Assembly: GCA_045633945.1 (NCBI GenBank)
Contig: JAZQZH010000037.1
Coordinates: forward strand, 4,171 to 68,170
From: Alphaproteobacteria bacterium
Lineage (GTDB): Bacteria > Pseudomonadota > Alphaproteobacteria > RF32 > CAG-239
Direction of reading: 5' to 3'
Length of the DNA stretch: 64,000 bases
The notes beneath the pieces were generated by a model, which saw only the letters and a program-made list of their open reading frames with translations, ran no database searches and was not told where the DNA came from. Shown in pieces: positions 41,002 through 50,688 of this stretch (positions within the stretch are counted from its first letter, which is position 1; each line of letters begins with the position of its first letter). A program made the translations under genes and the position numbers.

Positions 41002-41429
41002 TATGCTTCTCCATTATCAGAATTCAAGCGTTTAACAAATTTGCTCTTTACAGGCAATTTTGCTGCACCTAATGCAAATGCTCTACGCGCTGTATCTTCA
41101 TCTACATCGCCAATTTCGAACATTATACGACCAGGTTTAACTCTTGCTACCCAAAATTCGACAGCACCTTTACCTTTACCCATACGAACCTCAGCAGGTT
41201 TATCTGTTACTGGAACGTCTGGGAAAATTCTAATCCATAGTCTTCCAGCTCTCTTCATTTCACGAGTAATAGCACGACGAGCAGCCTCAATTTGACGAGC
41301 TGTAACGCGCTCAGGTGTAAGAGCCTTTAGACCAAATGAACCGAAACTTAATTCAGAACCGCCCTTAGCAAGGCCGTGAATACGACCTTTATGTTGCTTG
41401 CGGAACTTTACGCGTTTTGGACTTAACAT
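41001..41429 (-). CDS. rplP: 50S ribosomal protein L16
   Basis: [17 protein letters not shown]-terminus. Confidence 0.98.
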   Translation of the reverse strand: MLSPKRVKFRKQHKGRIHGLAKGGSELSFGSFGLKALTPERVTARQIEAARRAITREMKRAGRLWIRIFPDVPVTDKPAEVRMGKGKGAVEFWVARVKPGRIMFEIGDVDEDTARRAFALGAAKLPVKSKFVKRLNSDNGEA

Positions 41430-41444
41430 TTTAAAACCTCATTC

Positions 41445-42113
41445 TTACTTTTGTTCAGCCAATTTCTTGTCTTGTGCCATTGGATCATGAGACATAATTT
41501 CGCCTTTATAAATCCAAACTTTAACGCCGCATGCACCATATGTGGTGTGAGCAGTTGAAGTAGCATAGTCAATATCAGCACGAAGTGTATGCAAAGGAAC
41601 GCGTCCTTCACGATAGTATTCAGTTCTTGCAATTTCAGCACCGCCTAAACGACCTGAACATGCAACCTTGATACCTTCTGCACCAAGACGTAAAGCTGAT
41701 TGCATAACTCTCTTCATTGCACGACGGAAAGCAACACGTCTTTCTAATTGTTGTGCAACACTGTCAGCAACTAACTGAGCGTCTAACTCCGGCTTTCTTA
41801 CTTCCATAATGTTTAATTGAACTTCAGAAGCAGTCAACTTTTGAATGTCTTTTCTCAACAACTCAATGTCTTGACCTTTCTTACCAATTACAACACCTGG
41901 TCTTGCTGAATGAATTGTAACTCTTGCTTTTTTTGCAGGACGTTCAATAACAATCTTGCTAATACCAGCTTGAGCTAATTTTTCTTTCAAAAATTTTCTA
42001 ATTTTCAAATCTTCGTGGAGGTAATCTGTGAATTCTTCATCAGCATACCAACGAGAATCCCATGTGCGGTTAACGCCTAAACGAAGACTGATAGGATTTA
42101 CTTTCTGTCCCAT
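41445..42113 (-). CDS. rpsC: 30S ribosomal protein S3
   Basis: [14 protein letters not shown]-terminus, KH domain. Confidence 0.98.
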   Translation of the reverse strand: MGQKVNPISLRLGVNRTWDSRWYADEEFTDYLHEDLKIRKFLKEKLAQAGISKIVIERPAKKARVTIHSARPGVVIGKKGQDIELLRKDIQKLTASEVQLNIMEVRKPELDAQLVADSVAQQLERRVAFRRAMKRVMQSALRLGAEGIKVACSGRLGGAEIARTEYYREGRVPLHTLRADIDYATSTAHTTYGACGVKVWIYKGEIMSHDPMAQDKKLAEQK

Positions 42114-42118
42114 TTATT

Positions 42119-42493
42119 TTACTCCCCACACTCTGCTACAACGATAGTCAATTTAGAGAAAGGTTTTAAAACCCTTGCACCTCTACCACGACCACGTGCA
42201 TGCATACGTTTCATAACAATGCCATTACCTGTATAAGCCTCTTTAACTACCAACTTATCAATGTTAAGTTTGTGGTTATTTTCAGCATTAGCAATAGCAG
42301 ATTTCAATACTTCTAAAGCAACTTTTGCGATTCTTTTCTTAGAAAAGCTAAGTTCTGCAACAGCTTTTTCAGCGCTTAAGCCTCTGATTGTTTGTGCAAC
42401 AAGGTTTAATTTACGAGAGCTAGAGCGAATAGAATTATTCTGAGCCATAGCTTGATTGTCAGAAAGTCTTCTTAAGTCTTTACTTTTTCCCAT
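42119..42493 (-). CDS. rplV: 50S ribosomal protein L22
   Basis: 124 aa, ..RKLNLVAQ.IRG......A...L.FS.K..A pattern. Confidence 0.96.
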   Translation of the reverse strand: MGKSKDLRRLSDNQAMAQNNSIRSSSRKLNLVAQTIRGLSAEKAVAELSFSKKRIAKVALEVLKSAIANAENNHKLNIDKLVVKEAYTGNGIVMKRMHARGRGRGARVLKPFSKLTIVVAECGE

Positions 42494-42495
42494 AA

Positions 42496-42774
42496 TTAAC
42501 CTCTCTTAACTTTTTTATCTGCAGCGTGACCGAAGAAGGTACGTGTTGGAGCAAATTCGCCTAACTTATGACCAACCATTTCCTCAGTAACAAGTACTGG
42601 GATAAATTTATGACCATTGTGCACACCAAATGTTAAGCCAACAAATACTGGCAAAATTGTTGAGCGACGAGACCAAACTTTAATCACTTCATTACGAGTA
42701 GATGCTCTTGCTGCATCAGCTTTTTTAAGAAGATAACCATCTACAAAAGGTCCTTTCCAAACGGAACGTGTCAT
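42496..42774 (-). CDS. rpsS: 30S ribosomal protein S19
   Basis: [12 protein letters not shown] ... [15 protein letters not shown]. Confidence 0.98.
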   Translation of the reverse strand: MTRSVWKGPFVDGYLLKKADAARASTRNEVIKVWSRRSTILPVFVGLTFGVHNGHKFIPVLVTEEMVGHKLGEFAPTRTFFGHAADKKVKRG

Positions 42775-42786
42775 TTGTTTACCTCC

Positions 42787-43623
42787 TTATTTCTTCTTGT
42801 TTTCATGACGAGATCTCATAATAAAGCGATCTGTCTTTTTGTTAGAACGAGTTTTAGCACCCTTAGTTGGTTTACCCCAAGGAGTAACAGGATGACGACC
42901 ACCTGAAGTACGGCCTTCACCACCACCATGTGGGTGATCTACTGGGTTCATTGCAACACCACGAGATACTGGACGAACACCCATCCATCTTGCACGACCT
43001 GCTTTACCCAAAGAAACGTTTTGATTATCTGGGTTAGAAACAGCGCCTACAGTTGCTAAACATTCTTCTCTAACGATTCTTAATTCGCCTGAAGAAAGTT
43101 TTAATTGAGCATAGCCACCGTCTTTACCAACAACTTGAGCATAGCAACCAGCAGAACGAACTAATTGTCCACCCTTACCTGATTTCAACTCAACGTTGTG
43201 AACGATAGTACCAACTGGCATGCTCTTTAATGGCATTGCATTACCTGGTTTGATATCAGCTTTCTCAGAAGAGATAACTTTATCACCAGCTTTTAATCTT
43301 TGTGGAGCCAAAATATAAGCCTTCTCACCATCTTCATAGTTAATTAAAGCAATGAAAGATGTACGGTTAGGATCATATTCGATTCTCTCAACAGTTGCTT
43401 CACAATCAAATTTATTACGTTTGAAGTCGATTACACGGTATTTACGTTTGTGACCGCCACCGATACGACGACTTGTAACGTGTCCAAAATTATCACGCCC
43501 ACCTGTTTTTGTAAGACCAACAGTCAAACTCTTCTCAGGTTTGCCCTTATAAAGCTCACTTCTATCAACAATAACTAGTTGACGAAGACCTGGAGTAGCG
43601 GGCTTAAATGTTCTCAAAGCCAT
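42787..43623 (-). CDS. rplB: 50S ribosomal protein L2
   Basis: [14 protein letters not shown] ... [16 protein letters not shown]. Confidence 0.98.
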   Translation of the reverse strand: MALRTFKPATPGLRQLVIVDRSELYKGKPEKSLTVGLTKTGGRDNFGHVTSRRIGGGHKRKYRVIDFKRNKFDCEATVERIEYDPNRTSFIALINYEDGEKAYILAPQRLKAGDKVISSEKADIKPGNAMPLKSMPVGTIVHNVELKSGKGGQLVRSAGCYAQVVGKDGGYAQLKLSSGELRIVREECLATVGAVSNPDNQNVSLGKAGRARWMGVRPVSRGVAMNPVDHPHGGGEGRTSGGRHPVTPWGKPTKGAKTRSNKKTDRFIMRSRHENKKK

Positions 43624-43625
43624 GA

Positions 43626-43943
43626 CTAAATTCCTGCTGTAACATCAATATTTTGACCTTCGGCAAGTGTAATAACAGCTTTTTTGTAATCAGAGCGAAC
43701 GCCCTCATAACCTCTAAAGCGTTTTACCTTACCAGCTTGTTTTACGGTATTTACCTTCTTTACTTTTACATTAAAGATAGCTTCAACAGCTGCTTTAACG
43801 TCATCTTTAGAAGCGCTTACAGGAACTGTAAATACAACCTTACCGCTCTCAGAAGATGTCATAGACTTTTCTGTAATTACCGGACGAAGTAATGTATCAT
43901 ACATAGCTGCAGTTACATTGTTTGTTTTTTCTGATTTTTTCAT
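43626..43943 (-). CDS. rplW: 50S ribosomal protein L23
   Basis: The ATG at 43943 overlaps the rplD TGA stop (ATGA). ..[10 protein letters not shown]... The track start (43964) is probably too far upstream. Confidence 0.95.
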   Translation of the reverse strand: MKKSEKTNNVTAAMYDTLLRPVITEKSMTSSESGKVVFTVPVSASKDDVKAAVEAIFNVKVKKVNTVKQAGKVKRFRGYEGVRSDYKKAVITLAEGQNIDVTAGI

Positions 43944-44566
43944 TGTAATCTTTCCTCCAAGCAAGCAACAGCCTCTTTAGTTAATACCAACTTCTCTTTT
44001 TTCAAAATATCGTACACATTAGCACCAATTGTAGGCAATACATCTACGCCAACAATATTACGGCTAGCTAATGCAAAATTAATATCAACTTCCTTACCAT
44101 CAATGAATAAGCAGTTATTCAAACCGCAAGCATTTAACTTATTGAGTAAGTCTTTTGTCTTAGGATTTGAAAGCTTTGCTTCATCTAAGATAACAAGGTT
44201 ACCCTCTTTAGCCTTAGCTGAAAGAGCGATTTTTAGACCTAATTTTCTAAATTTCTTAGTCAAGTCGTGAGAGTGATCTCTTACAACTGGACCAAATACG
44301 ATACCACCTTTTCTAAATTGTGTACCCTTTCTAGAACCTTGACGAGCATTACCACTACCTTTTTGTTTGAATGGTTTTGCTGGTGTCAAAGCAACATCAG
44401 AGCGACCTTTAGTTTGGTGATTTCCGCATTGACGCATAGCCAATTGCCAATTTACAACGCGGTGTAAAACGTCTGCACGAACTTCTAAGCCAAAAATAGC
44501 ATCATTAAGCTCAATGCTGCCAACGTTTTCATTATTCAAATTTAAGATGTCCTGTTTCATTTTCAA
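43940..44566 (-). CDS. rplD: 50S ribosomal protein L4
   Basis: 208 aa, ..H.VV.WQLA..R.G.H.TK.RS.V....KP..QKG.G.AR.GS pattern. Confidence 0.97.
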   Translation of the reverse strand: MKMKQDILNLNNENVGSIELNDAIFGLEVRADVLHRVVNWQLAMRQCGNHQTKGRSDVALTPAKPFKQKGSGNARQGSRKGTQFRKGGIVFGPVVRDHSHDLTKKFRKLGLKIALSAKAKEGNLVILDEAKLSNPKTKDLLNKLNACGLNNCLFIDGKEVDINFALASRNIVGVDVLPTIGANVYDILKKEKLVLTKEAVACLEERLQ

Positions 44567-44579
44567 AAATCCTTAATCT

Positions 44580-45302
44580 CTATGCATTTTCAGCTGTTTC
44601 TTCAGCTATAACTGCAACAGGTTCATCAACCTTTTTAAGACCTGCAGGCATTGGTAATTTAACATCTTGTGTTTTCTTAACAGCATCAGTAACTCTAACC
44701 CATGCATTTTCAGCACCTGGAACGCCACCTTTAACCATAATCAAACCACGTTCACCGTCAACAGCTACAACTTTTAAGTTTTGAACAGTAACGCGTTCAT
44801 CACCCATATGTCCAGCCATCTTCTTACCTTTGAATACCTTACCTGGATCTTGTCTTTGTCCTGTAGAACCGTGTGAACGGTGAGAAATAGACACACCGTG
44901 TGTTGCTTCCAAACCTGCGAAGTTATGACGCTTCATAACACCGGCAAAACCTTTACCGATAGAATTTGCGCAAACATCAACATATTGACCAGCAACAAAA
45001 TGTTCTGCAGACAATTCATCACCTACAGAAAGAAGACAATCTTCACTTACTCTAAATTCAGCGATTTTCTTCTTTGGCTCAACATTAGCCTTGGTGAAAT
45101 ATCCCTTCAATGGTTTAGATACATTTTTTGCTTTTATAGCACCTGTTCCTAATTGAACAGCACTATAACCATCTTTATCATTTGTTCTGACATTAACAAC
45201 TTTTAAGCCTTCAACAGCTAAAACTGTAACAGGAACATGTGTTCCATCAGCTTCAAAAATTCTAGTCATCCCAAGTTTTTTTGCGATTAAACCAGTACGC
45301 AT
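44580..45302 (-). CDS. rplC: 50S ribosomal protein L3
   Basis: [17 protein letters not shown]-terminus. About 25-aa acidic C-terminal extension. Confidence 0.98.
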   Translation of the reverse strand: MRTGLIAKKLGMTRIFEADGTHVPVTVLAVEGLKVVNVRTNDKDGYSAVQLGTGAIKAKNVSKPLKGYFTKANVEPKKKIAEFRVSEDCLLSVGDELSAEHFVAGQYVDVCANSIGKGFAGVMKRHNFAGLEATHGVSISHRSHGSTGQRQDPGKVFKGKKMAGHMGDERVTVQNLKVVAVDGERGLIMVKGGVPGAENAWVRVTDAVKKTQDVKLPMPAGLKKVDEPVAVIAEETAENA

Positions 45303-45359
45303 TATTATTTTTCCTTTTTCAATAGGTTGATTTTATCTTTCAAAAACCAACATTAAAAA

Positions 45360-45671
45360 TTATAACTTAATTTCTACATTCACACCAGCTGCCAAGTCTA
45401 ATTTCATCAACGCGTCAACTGTTTGTGGTGTAGGATCTACAATATCAAGAAGTCTTTTGTGAGTTCTAATCTCGAATTGTTCACGAGACTTCTTATCAAC
45501 GTGAGGAGAACGGTTAACCGTAAACTTCTCAATTTTTGTTGGAAGAGGAATTGGCCCTCTAACATTAGCTCCTGTTCTTTTAGCTGTATGAACAATCTCT
45601 TTAGTAGACAAATCTAACAAGCGATGATCAAAAGCCTTAAGACGGATTCTGATATTTTGTGTATCCATCAT
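45360..45671 (-). CDS. rpsJ: 30S ribosomal protein S10
   Basis: [20 protein letters not shown]... The 28 residues upstream in the track ORF (to 45755) do not look like S10. Confidence 0.96.
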   Translation of the reverse strand: MMDTQNIRIRLKAFDHRLLDLSTKEIVHTAKRTGANVRGPIPLPTKIEKFTVNRSPHVDKKSREQFEIRTHKRLLDIVDPTPQTVDALMKLDLAAGVNVEIKL

Positions 45672-45826
45672 TTTAACACTTTTCCTATAACTAAATGGCA
45701 AAAAATTCCACAATGGAACCTGCCATCTAAAAATTACTGCAAACTTTCGCAACACTCGTCTGCATTATGGGTTATATTTGATTCGCAAGAAAGTTAACAC
45801 TTCCTTAACTTTTTTGTTGCTTGAGC

Positions 45827-45855
45827 TTTGTAACATTTAAATTTTAATTATGCAA
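45827..45855 (-). promoter_or_regulatory. candidate sigma-70 promoter for the S10 cluster
   Basis: Minus strand TTGCAT-N17-TACAAA. It would give a roughly 150-nt leader before rpsJ. By eye only. Confidence 0.3.
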
Positions 45856-45934
45856 GCAAAAAATGCACAAAAAACAAAAAAAAAATGAAAAAATATCTTT
45901 TAAAACCCCTTATAGAGATTCAGATTGAATCAAT

Positions 45935-45963
45935 TTGACAAAAAAATCAATTTCACCTATTTT
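45935..45963 (+). promoter_or_regulatory. candidate promoter for the 46025 ORF
   Basis: TTGACA-N17-TATTTT. Confidence 0.3.
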
Positions 45964-46024
45964 AAGGAACAAAATATTTAAAATTTGACTCCTTATATTA
46001 TATAAATAATAAAAGGGGGAAGAT

Positions 46025-46447
46025 ATGATATCGCTCATTTTATCATCATTAATTATAACACCACAAACAACAGAACCTACAAAAATTATCGGTTCTGCTG
46101 AAACTGTGTCTGGAGAAATAAAAACACTGTCCATAACCCAGCCTCAAAATTATATTCAAATTCTAACATCTCCACCCACTAGCCCTCAAGTAGAAAAACA
46201 AACAATTCAACAAAACACTCCTAAAAAAGACACTCTCTCTTCTCAAACACAAAATTTAATAGCAAACCAAACCTCAACAATATACCCTAAAGACCTAAAT
46301 CCATTAGATTATGAAAACAAAATAGAAAATACCATTTATCAAATAGGCGACAGACTAATAATCATTCAATCCATCCCCTTAAAATATATCAAAAAGGCCC
46401 TAACCCCAAATATCGACCCAACTATAACCGATTACCCGACACTTTAA
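46025..46447 (+). CDS. hypothetical Pro/Thr/Gln-rich protein (140 aa)
   Basis: SD GGGGGA 5 nt before the ATG. Low-complexity middle part. Terminator follows. Confidence 0.55.
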   Translation: MISLILSSLIITPQTTEPTKIIGSAETVSGEIKTLSITQPQNYIQILTSPPTSPQVEKQTIQQNTPKKDTLSSQTQNLIANQTSTIYPKDLNPLDYENKIENTIYQIGDRLIIIQSIPLKYIKKALTPNIDPTITDYPTL

Positions 46448-46457
46448 AACACTAAAA

Positions 46458-46484
46458 GCACCCAAAGGGTGCCTTTATGTTTTA
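46458..46484 (+). terminator. intrinsic terminator
   Basis: GCACCC/GGGTGC stem followed by CTTTATGTTTT. Confidence 0.6.
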
Positions 46485-46577
46485 CTAATATATAGATATC
46501 TTTTTAAGACATACTAAGAATAGCTTTTTTAACAATACTTAAAACTATTGCTTTCCCTCATCTTAGGAGAACCATCC

Positions 46578-46610
46578 CCCCTCCCCAACGGGAGGGGATA
46601 CCCCTTTTTG
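46578..46610 (+). other. GC-rich hairpin with an overlapping alternative hairpin + T-run, in a non-coding gap
   Basis: CCCCTCCC-CAAC-GGGAGGGG (46578-46597). The same GGGG can pair as GGGG-ATA-CCCC (46594-46604), followed by TTTTT. Confidence 0.4.
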
Positions 46611-47131
46611 TTAGAGCACATGCAACAGTTTCATTTCTTAAAGCAACTTCTCCCCTCGTACATAACAATCTAACGTAACAGGATATCTAAAATTTTTAAA
46701 TATCCAAACAAAAGCAATATCTGTTTATAAAAAAATAAACACACCAATCACCTTTGCACATTAAATCATTATTTACTTCGGCTTAAGAAATTACTTTAAA
46801 AAAATAAAACTGTCACAAATCTCAAACACACAAAAAGGACTAACTATTTTAGCTATATTATTACATCTCCAAAATCATAAACTATAAACAATCACTCGTC
46901 CATTTCATTCATACAAACTAAAATTTATATTTACAAGATTGAAAACGCCATACAAAATCTTATATCATAATACAACCATACATACTTTTATATATTTGCA
47001 ATATATAAATACATTATTTTTCATCCCCTGTCAATATAAAATTTTCACTAAAGAAAGTTTCAAACCGAGTTTCAAAAAAGAGTTAATATTGAACTTATTT
47101 CAACATTTACGAGTAAGACATACTCGAACCT

Positions 47132-47149
47132 TCGAGCTCGATTGTTCGC
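47132..47149. repeat. inverted partial copy (16/18) of the 3' part of tRNA-His
   Basis: The reverse complement GCGAACAATCGAGCTCGA compares with tRNA gene bases 47188-47205, GCGAACGATCGGGCTCGA. Confidence 0.6.
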
Positions 47150-47183
47150 ATAAAAAAAACTCCGCTACTGCAGAGTTCAAACA

Positions 47184-47260
47184 TGGGGCGAACGATCGGG
47201 CTCGACCCGACGACAACCGGTACCACAAACCGGGGCTCTACCAACTGAGCTACGTTCGCC
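47184..47260 (-). tRNA. tRNA-His (anticodon GUG), with encoded G-1 and CCA
   Basis: Hand-folded. G-1:C73, acceptor GCGAACG/CGTTCGC, D-arm GCTC/GAGC, anticodon arm CCGGT-TTGTGGT-ACCGG, T-arm GTCGG-GTCGAGC-CCGAT, 3' CCA. Confidence 0.88.
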
Positions 47261-47410
47261 ATCAGAAATCCTTATTACAAACATTTTTTCATAAAGTCAA
47301 GATAAAAAATTAGATAAAAAAATTATATTCATAACTAAAATTAACAATTTATTTTCTTTTATTATGCTATTATAAACCATCTTTGTAATTATGAGAGGGT
47401 AAAATCTAAA

Positions 47411-48298
47411 ATGTACATCATGAGAAAAATATATTTATGCTTACTTTTACTTATTTTAACATCATTTTCAGCACATGCTTCCAACACTTCATCAATAGTA
47501 ATTGATGCAAAAACAGGAAATGTTTTATATTCTGAAAATGCCGAGAAACTACGTTATCCTGCATCATTAACTAAATTAATGACTCTATATATTACATTCA
47601 ATGCACTAGAAACCGGAAAACTAAAAATGAGCGATAAACTAAAGGTTTCACGTACAGCAGCTTCTCGTTCTCCATCAAAATTAGGAATGCCTGCCGGCTC
47701 ATATATTGATGTAAAAACACTAATAGAAGCCCTCATTGTCAAATCAGCCAACGATTGTGCAACAGTTTTAGCTGAAGCATTGAGCCCGTCAGAGCGTGAT
47801 TTTGCAGTATTAATGACACAAACAGCTCACAAACTCGGCATGTACAAAACAACATTTAAAAATGCATCTGGTTTACCAAACTCAGAACAAAAAACCACCG
47901 CAAAAGATTTAGCTATTTTAGGTGCAGCAATCTATCACCACTATCCTCAATATTATCATCTATTCTCTCTAAAAGAGTTCAAATACAATAACATAACATA
48001 CAAAACACATAATTATCACTTAAACGATTCTCTTGGCACAGACGGAATGAAAACTGGTTATACTGCAGCATCAGGATTTAATATTTTAACATCTGCTCAA
48101 CAAGGAAGTCACCGCATAATAGCCGTCACACTTGGACACAAAAAAGTAAAACAACGTGACGATGCTGTATCCAAAATGATGGAACTGTCATTAAATCATA
48201 TCAATGAAAATCATCGCATCAATACATATAACCTCAAAAATGCAATTCAAAACTCCATAAAATCTAACAAAACCAAAACAGCATATAATAAACGCTAA
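47411..48298 (+). CDS. D-alanyl-D-alanine carboxypeptidase (S11 / PBP5 family)
   Basis: Signal peptide. SxxK (PASLTKLMT), SxN (KSANDCA), KTG (MKTGYT). Confidence 0.9.
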   Translation: MYIMRKIYLCLLLLILTSFSAHASNTSSIVIDAKTGNVLYSENAEKLRYPASLTKLMTLYITFNALETGKLKMSDKLKVSRTAASRSPSKLGMPAGSYIDVKTLIEALIVKSANDCATVLAEALSPSERDFAVLMTQTAHKLGMYKTTFKNASGLPNSEQKTTAKDLAILGAAIYHHYPQYYHLFSLKEFKYNNITYKTHNYHLNDSLGTDGMKTGYTAASGFNILTSAQQGSHRIIAVTLGHKKVKQRDDAVSKMMELSLNHINENHRINTYNLKNAIQNSIKSNKTKTAYNKR

Positions 48299-48303
48299 TT
48301 GGT

Positions 48304-48972
48304 ATGAGCAGTATGGAAAACAAAAAAGCACATATTGTTATTGTAGATGGCGCCTCTCGTTCTGGCAAAAAGTTATTTGGACTAGAGCTAGCTATTACAT
48401 TGCTATATAACGATCAAAAAACAGCATTATTATTATCACCAGATTCTCCATTATGTACAATAATTGAGAATAGAAACAAATCACATCCCACCCTTCCAAC
48501 TCCAAATATAATATATCGTCACAACTTTAAAACTGAATACCACAATTATGACGCTATTATTATTCCAGGAATAGATGCATCAGATGAACTTGCAGGATTT
48601 GTTGATACATATATAACCTTATTATCATCTTCGATTCGCAATTTTCAAAAAAATAATGCTTATATAAATAATATGTGGGAACTAAAAAAGAAAATAGCAT
48701 CCAGTCATAGCAAAAGCCTAAATTGGGTAATCTGTGAAAACAACTTAAAAAATAAATCAACAGATACTCCCTCTAAAGAACTAATAAATATGGCTAAAAT
48801 GTACGGTTTTCGAGTAGCCCCTCCAATAAATAAACGTATCTCATATCTAAACACATTAGAAGGGATATCGTCGCAAGATAAAATCACATCTAGCCTAAAA
48901 AATATCCTAACATATGAGGATATCTGCGCTAAACGTGAGATTACAAAACTAGCTGAATTTATCTTTAAATGA
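48304..48972 (+). CDS. MipZ-like ParA/MinD-family protein with degenerate nucleotide-binding motifs
   Basis: Collinear with Caulobacter MipZ as recalled from memory (LAITLLYNDQKTALL ~ LVTALLYGGAKVAVI; NWVICENNL ~ DWVVLRNRL; MAKMYGFRVAPPINKRISY ~ LAKRVGFRIGPGLRDRVIY). However, Walker A reads DGASRSGKKL. Confidence 0.6.
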   Translation: MSSMENKKAHIVIVDGASRSGKKLFGLELAITLLYNDQKTALLLSPDSPLCTIIENRNKSHPTLPTPNIIYRHNFKTEYHNYDAIIIPGIDASDELAGFVDTYITLLSSSIRNFQKNNAYINNMWELKKKIASSHSKSLNWVICENNLKNKSTDTPSKELINMAKMYGFRVAPPINKRISYLNTLEGISSQDKITSSLKNILTYEDICAKREITKLAEFIFK

Positions 48973-49046
48973 TAAATAATCTTTACAACTAGTTCTTTTT
49001 GTTTTAAGTGTATTAACAACTATGTTTACGATTAAAGGGATTGAAA

Positions 49047-50666
49047 ATGATTAGAATAATTAAAACCACTCCTTATACTGATCAAAAAATGGGAACAGCC
49101 GGTTTAAGAAAAAAAACTAAAACAGCAAACCAAGAACATTATATAGAAAATTTTTTACAAAGCATCTTCAATACAATACCAAACCTTGAAGATAAATCTT
49201 TTTTAGTAGGTGGTGATGGTAGATACTATAACTCTGTTGCTATTCAAAAAATAATCAAAATAGCCATCGCTAACAATGTAAAAAAACTCTATATTGCAAA
49301 AGATGGTTTAGTTTCTACCCCAGCTGGCTCACATATAATTCTAAAAAATCACCTAGATGGGGGATTCGTATTATCCGCTTCTCACAATCCAGGAGGAATA
49401 GATGGCGACTTTGGTATAAAGTATGCTACCTCTTCAGGTGGACAGTGCCAACCAGAAGAAAGTAAAGCCATACAAGAAGAAGCATTAAAAATTACAGAGT
49501 ATAAAATTGCAGATTGCAATGATTTTAACCTAACAAAATTAGGTATATATAAAGAAGAAAACACAACTATAGAAATTATTGACCCATACATAGATTATAT
49601 AGATTTAATGGAAAGTATTTTTGATTTTGAAAATATAAAATCATTATTTGCATCAGGCTTTAGATTTATCTTTGATGCTATGAATGGAGTTACCGGCCCA
49701 TATGCTAAGAAAATTTTTGAAGAAAAACTTGGCGCTAAAAAAGGTAGTGTTATAAATGCCAAGCCATTAGAAGATTTTGGAGGTCTACACCCTGATCCAA
49801 ATTTAATATATGCAAAACACTTAGTTGACATTATGTTTTCAGAATCAGCACCAGATTTTGCTGCCGCAAACGATGGTGATGGCGATCGCAATATGATATT
49901 AGGAAAAAACATATTTGTTAGCCCAAGCGATTGCTTGGCCATTATTACAGATAATTATAAAATAATTCCAGCATATCAAAAGGGTATTTTTGGTGTTGCA
50001 AAATCAGCTGCCACCTCTATGGCTGTAAAACACGTTGCTGATGCACTTAACATTGGATACTACGAAGTTCCAACTGGATGGAAATATTTCATCAACTTAA
50101 TGGATTCTAATCTTGTAAGTTTTTGCGGAGAAGAAAGCTTTGGAACAGGTGCATCTCACATCCGCGAAAAGGATGGAATTTGGGCTACTCTATTTTGGTT
50201 AAGTATTATCGCAAAAGAAAAACGTTCATTAAAAGATATAGTACTTAACCATTGGAAAAAGTATGGTAGAAATTATTATTTACGCAATGACTACGAAAAT
50301 ATCCCTCAAAATATTGCGGATACACTAATGCAAGATTTAGAAAATTCTTTACCATCTCTTATTAATAAAGAATTTAAAGGATATAAAATTTCAGATGCCC
50401 ATCCTTTTATATATAATGACCCAGTAGATAAAACATCAACTAAAAATGGTTTAATTGTACACTTCTCTAATGGTTCACGTATTGTTTATCGCCTATCCGG
50501 AACTGGCACAAATGGAGCAACCCTAAGAGTATATATTGAGCGTTATGAAACAAAGAAACTACTTGAAGATCCTGAAATTATGTTACAAGATTTAAGTGAA
50601 ATTTCACGTATGATTTCATACATAACAACAAGAACAGGTAAAACCAAACCAGACATCATAACATAA
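49047..50666 (+). CDS. pgm: phosphoglucomutase (alpha-D-glucose phosphate-specific)
   Basis: Phosphoserine loop SASHNPGG, Mg loop AANDGDGDRNM, GEESFG sugar loop. The track start is a TTG (49041); the ATG at 49047 lies 6 nt after AAAGGGA. Confidence 0.95.
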   Translation: MIRIIKTTPYTDQKMGTAGLRKKTKTANQEHYIENFLQSIFNTIPNLEDKSFLVGGDGRYYNSVAIQKIIKIAIANNVKKLYIAKDGLVSTPAGSHIILKNHLDGGFVLSASHNPGGIDGDFGIKYATSSGGQCQPEESKAIQEEALKITEYKIADCNDFNLTKLGIYKEENTTIEIIDPYIDYIDLMESIFDFENIKSLFASGFRFIFDAMNGVTGPYAKKIFEEKLGAKKGSVINAKPLEDFGGLHPDPNLIYAKHLVDIMFSESAPDFAAANDGDGDRNMILGKNIFVSPSDCLAIITDNYKIIPAYQKGIFGVAKSAATSMAVKHVADALNIGYYEVPTGWKYFINLMDSNLVSFCGEESFGTGASHIREKDGIWATLFWLSIIAKEKRSLKDIVLNHWKKYGRNYYLRNDYENIPQNIADTLMQDLENSLPSLINKEFKGYKISDAHPFIYNDPVDKTSTKNGLIVHFSNGSRIVYRLSGTGTNGATLRVYIERYETKKLLEDPEIMLQDLSEISRMISYITTRTGKTKPDIIT

Positions 50667-50688
50667 ACCCATCATCAAAGATAAAACC

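Noticed and set aside
45672-45755. 28-codon N-terminal extension of rpsJ in the ORF track
   Set aside because: The extension ([18 protein letters not shown]..) is unlike S10. The conserved protein starts at [11 protein letters not shown].
46939-47313. 124-aa plus-strand ORF
   Set aside because: It runs straight through the tRNA-His gene on the opposite strand and through AT-rich non-coding DNA, so it is spurious.
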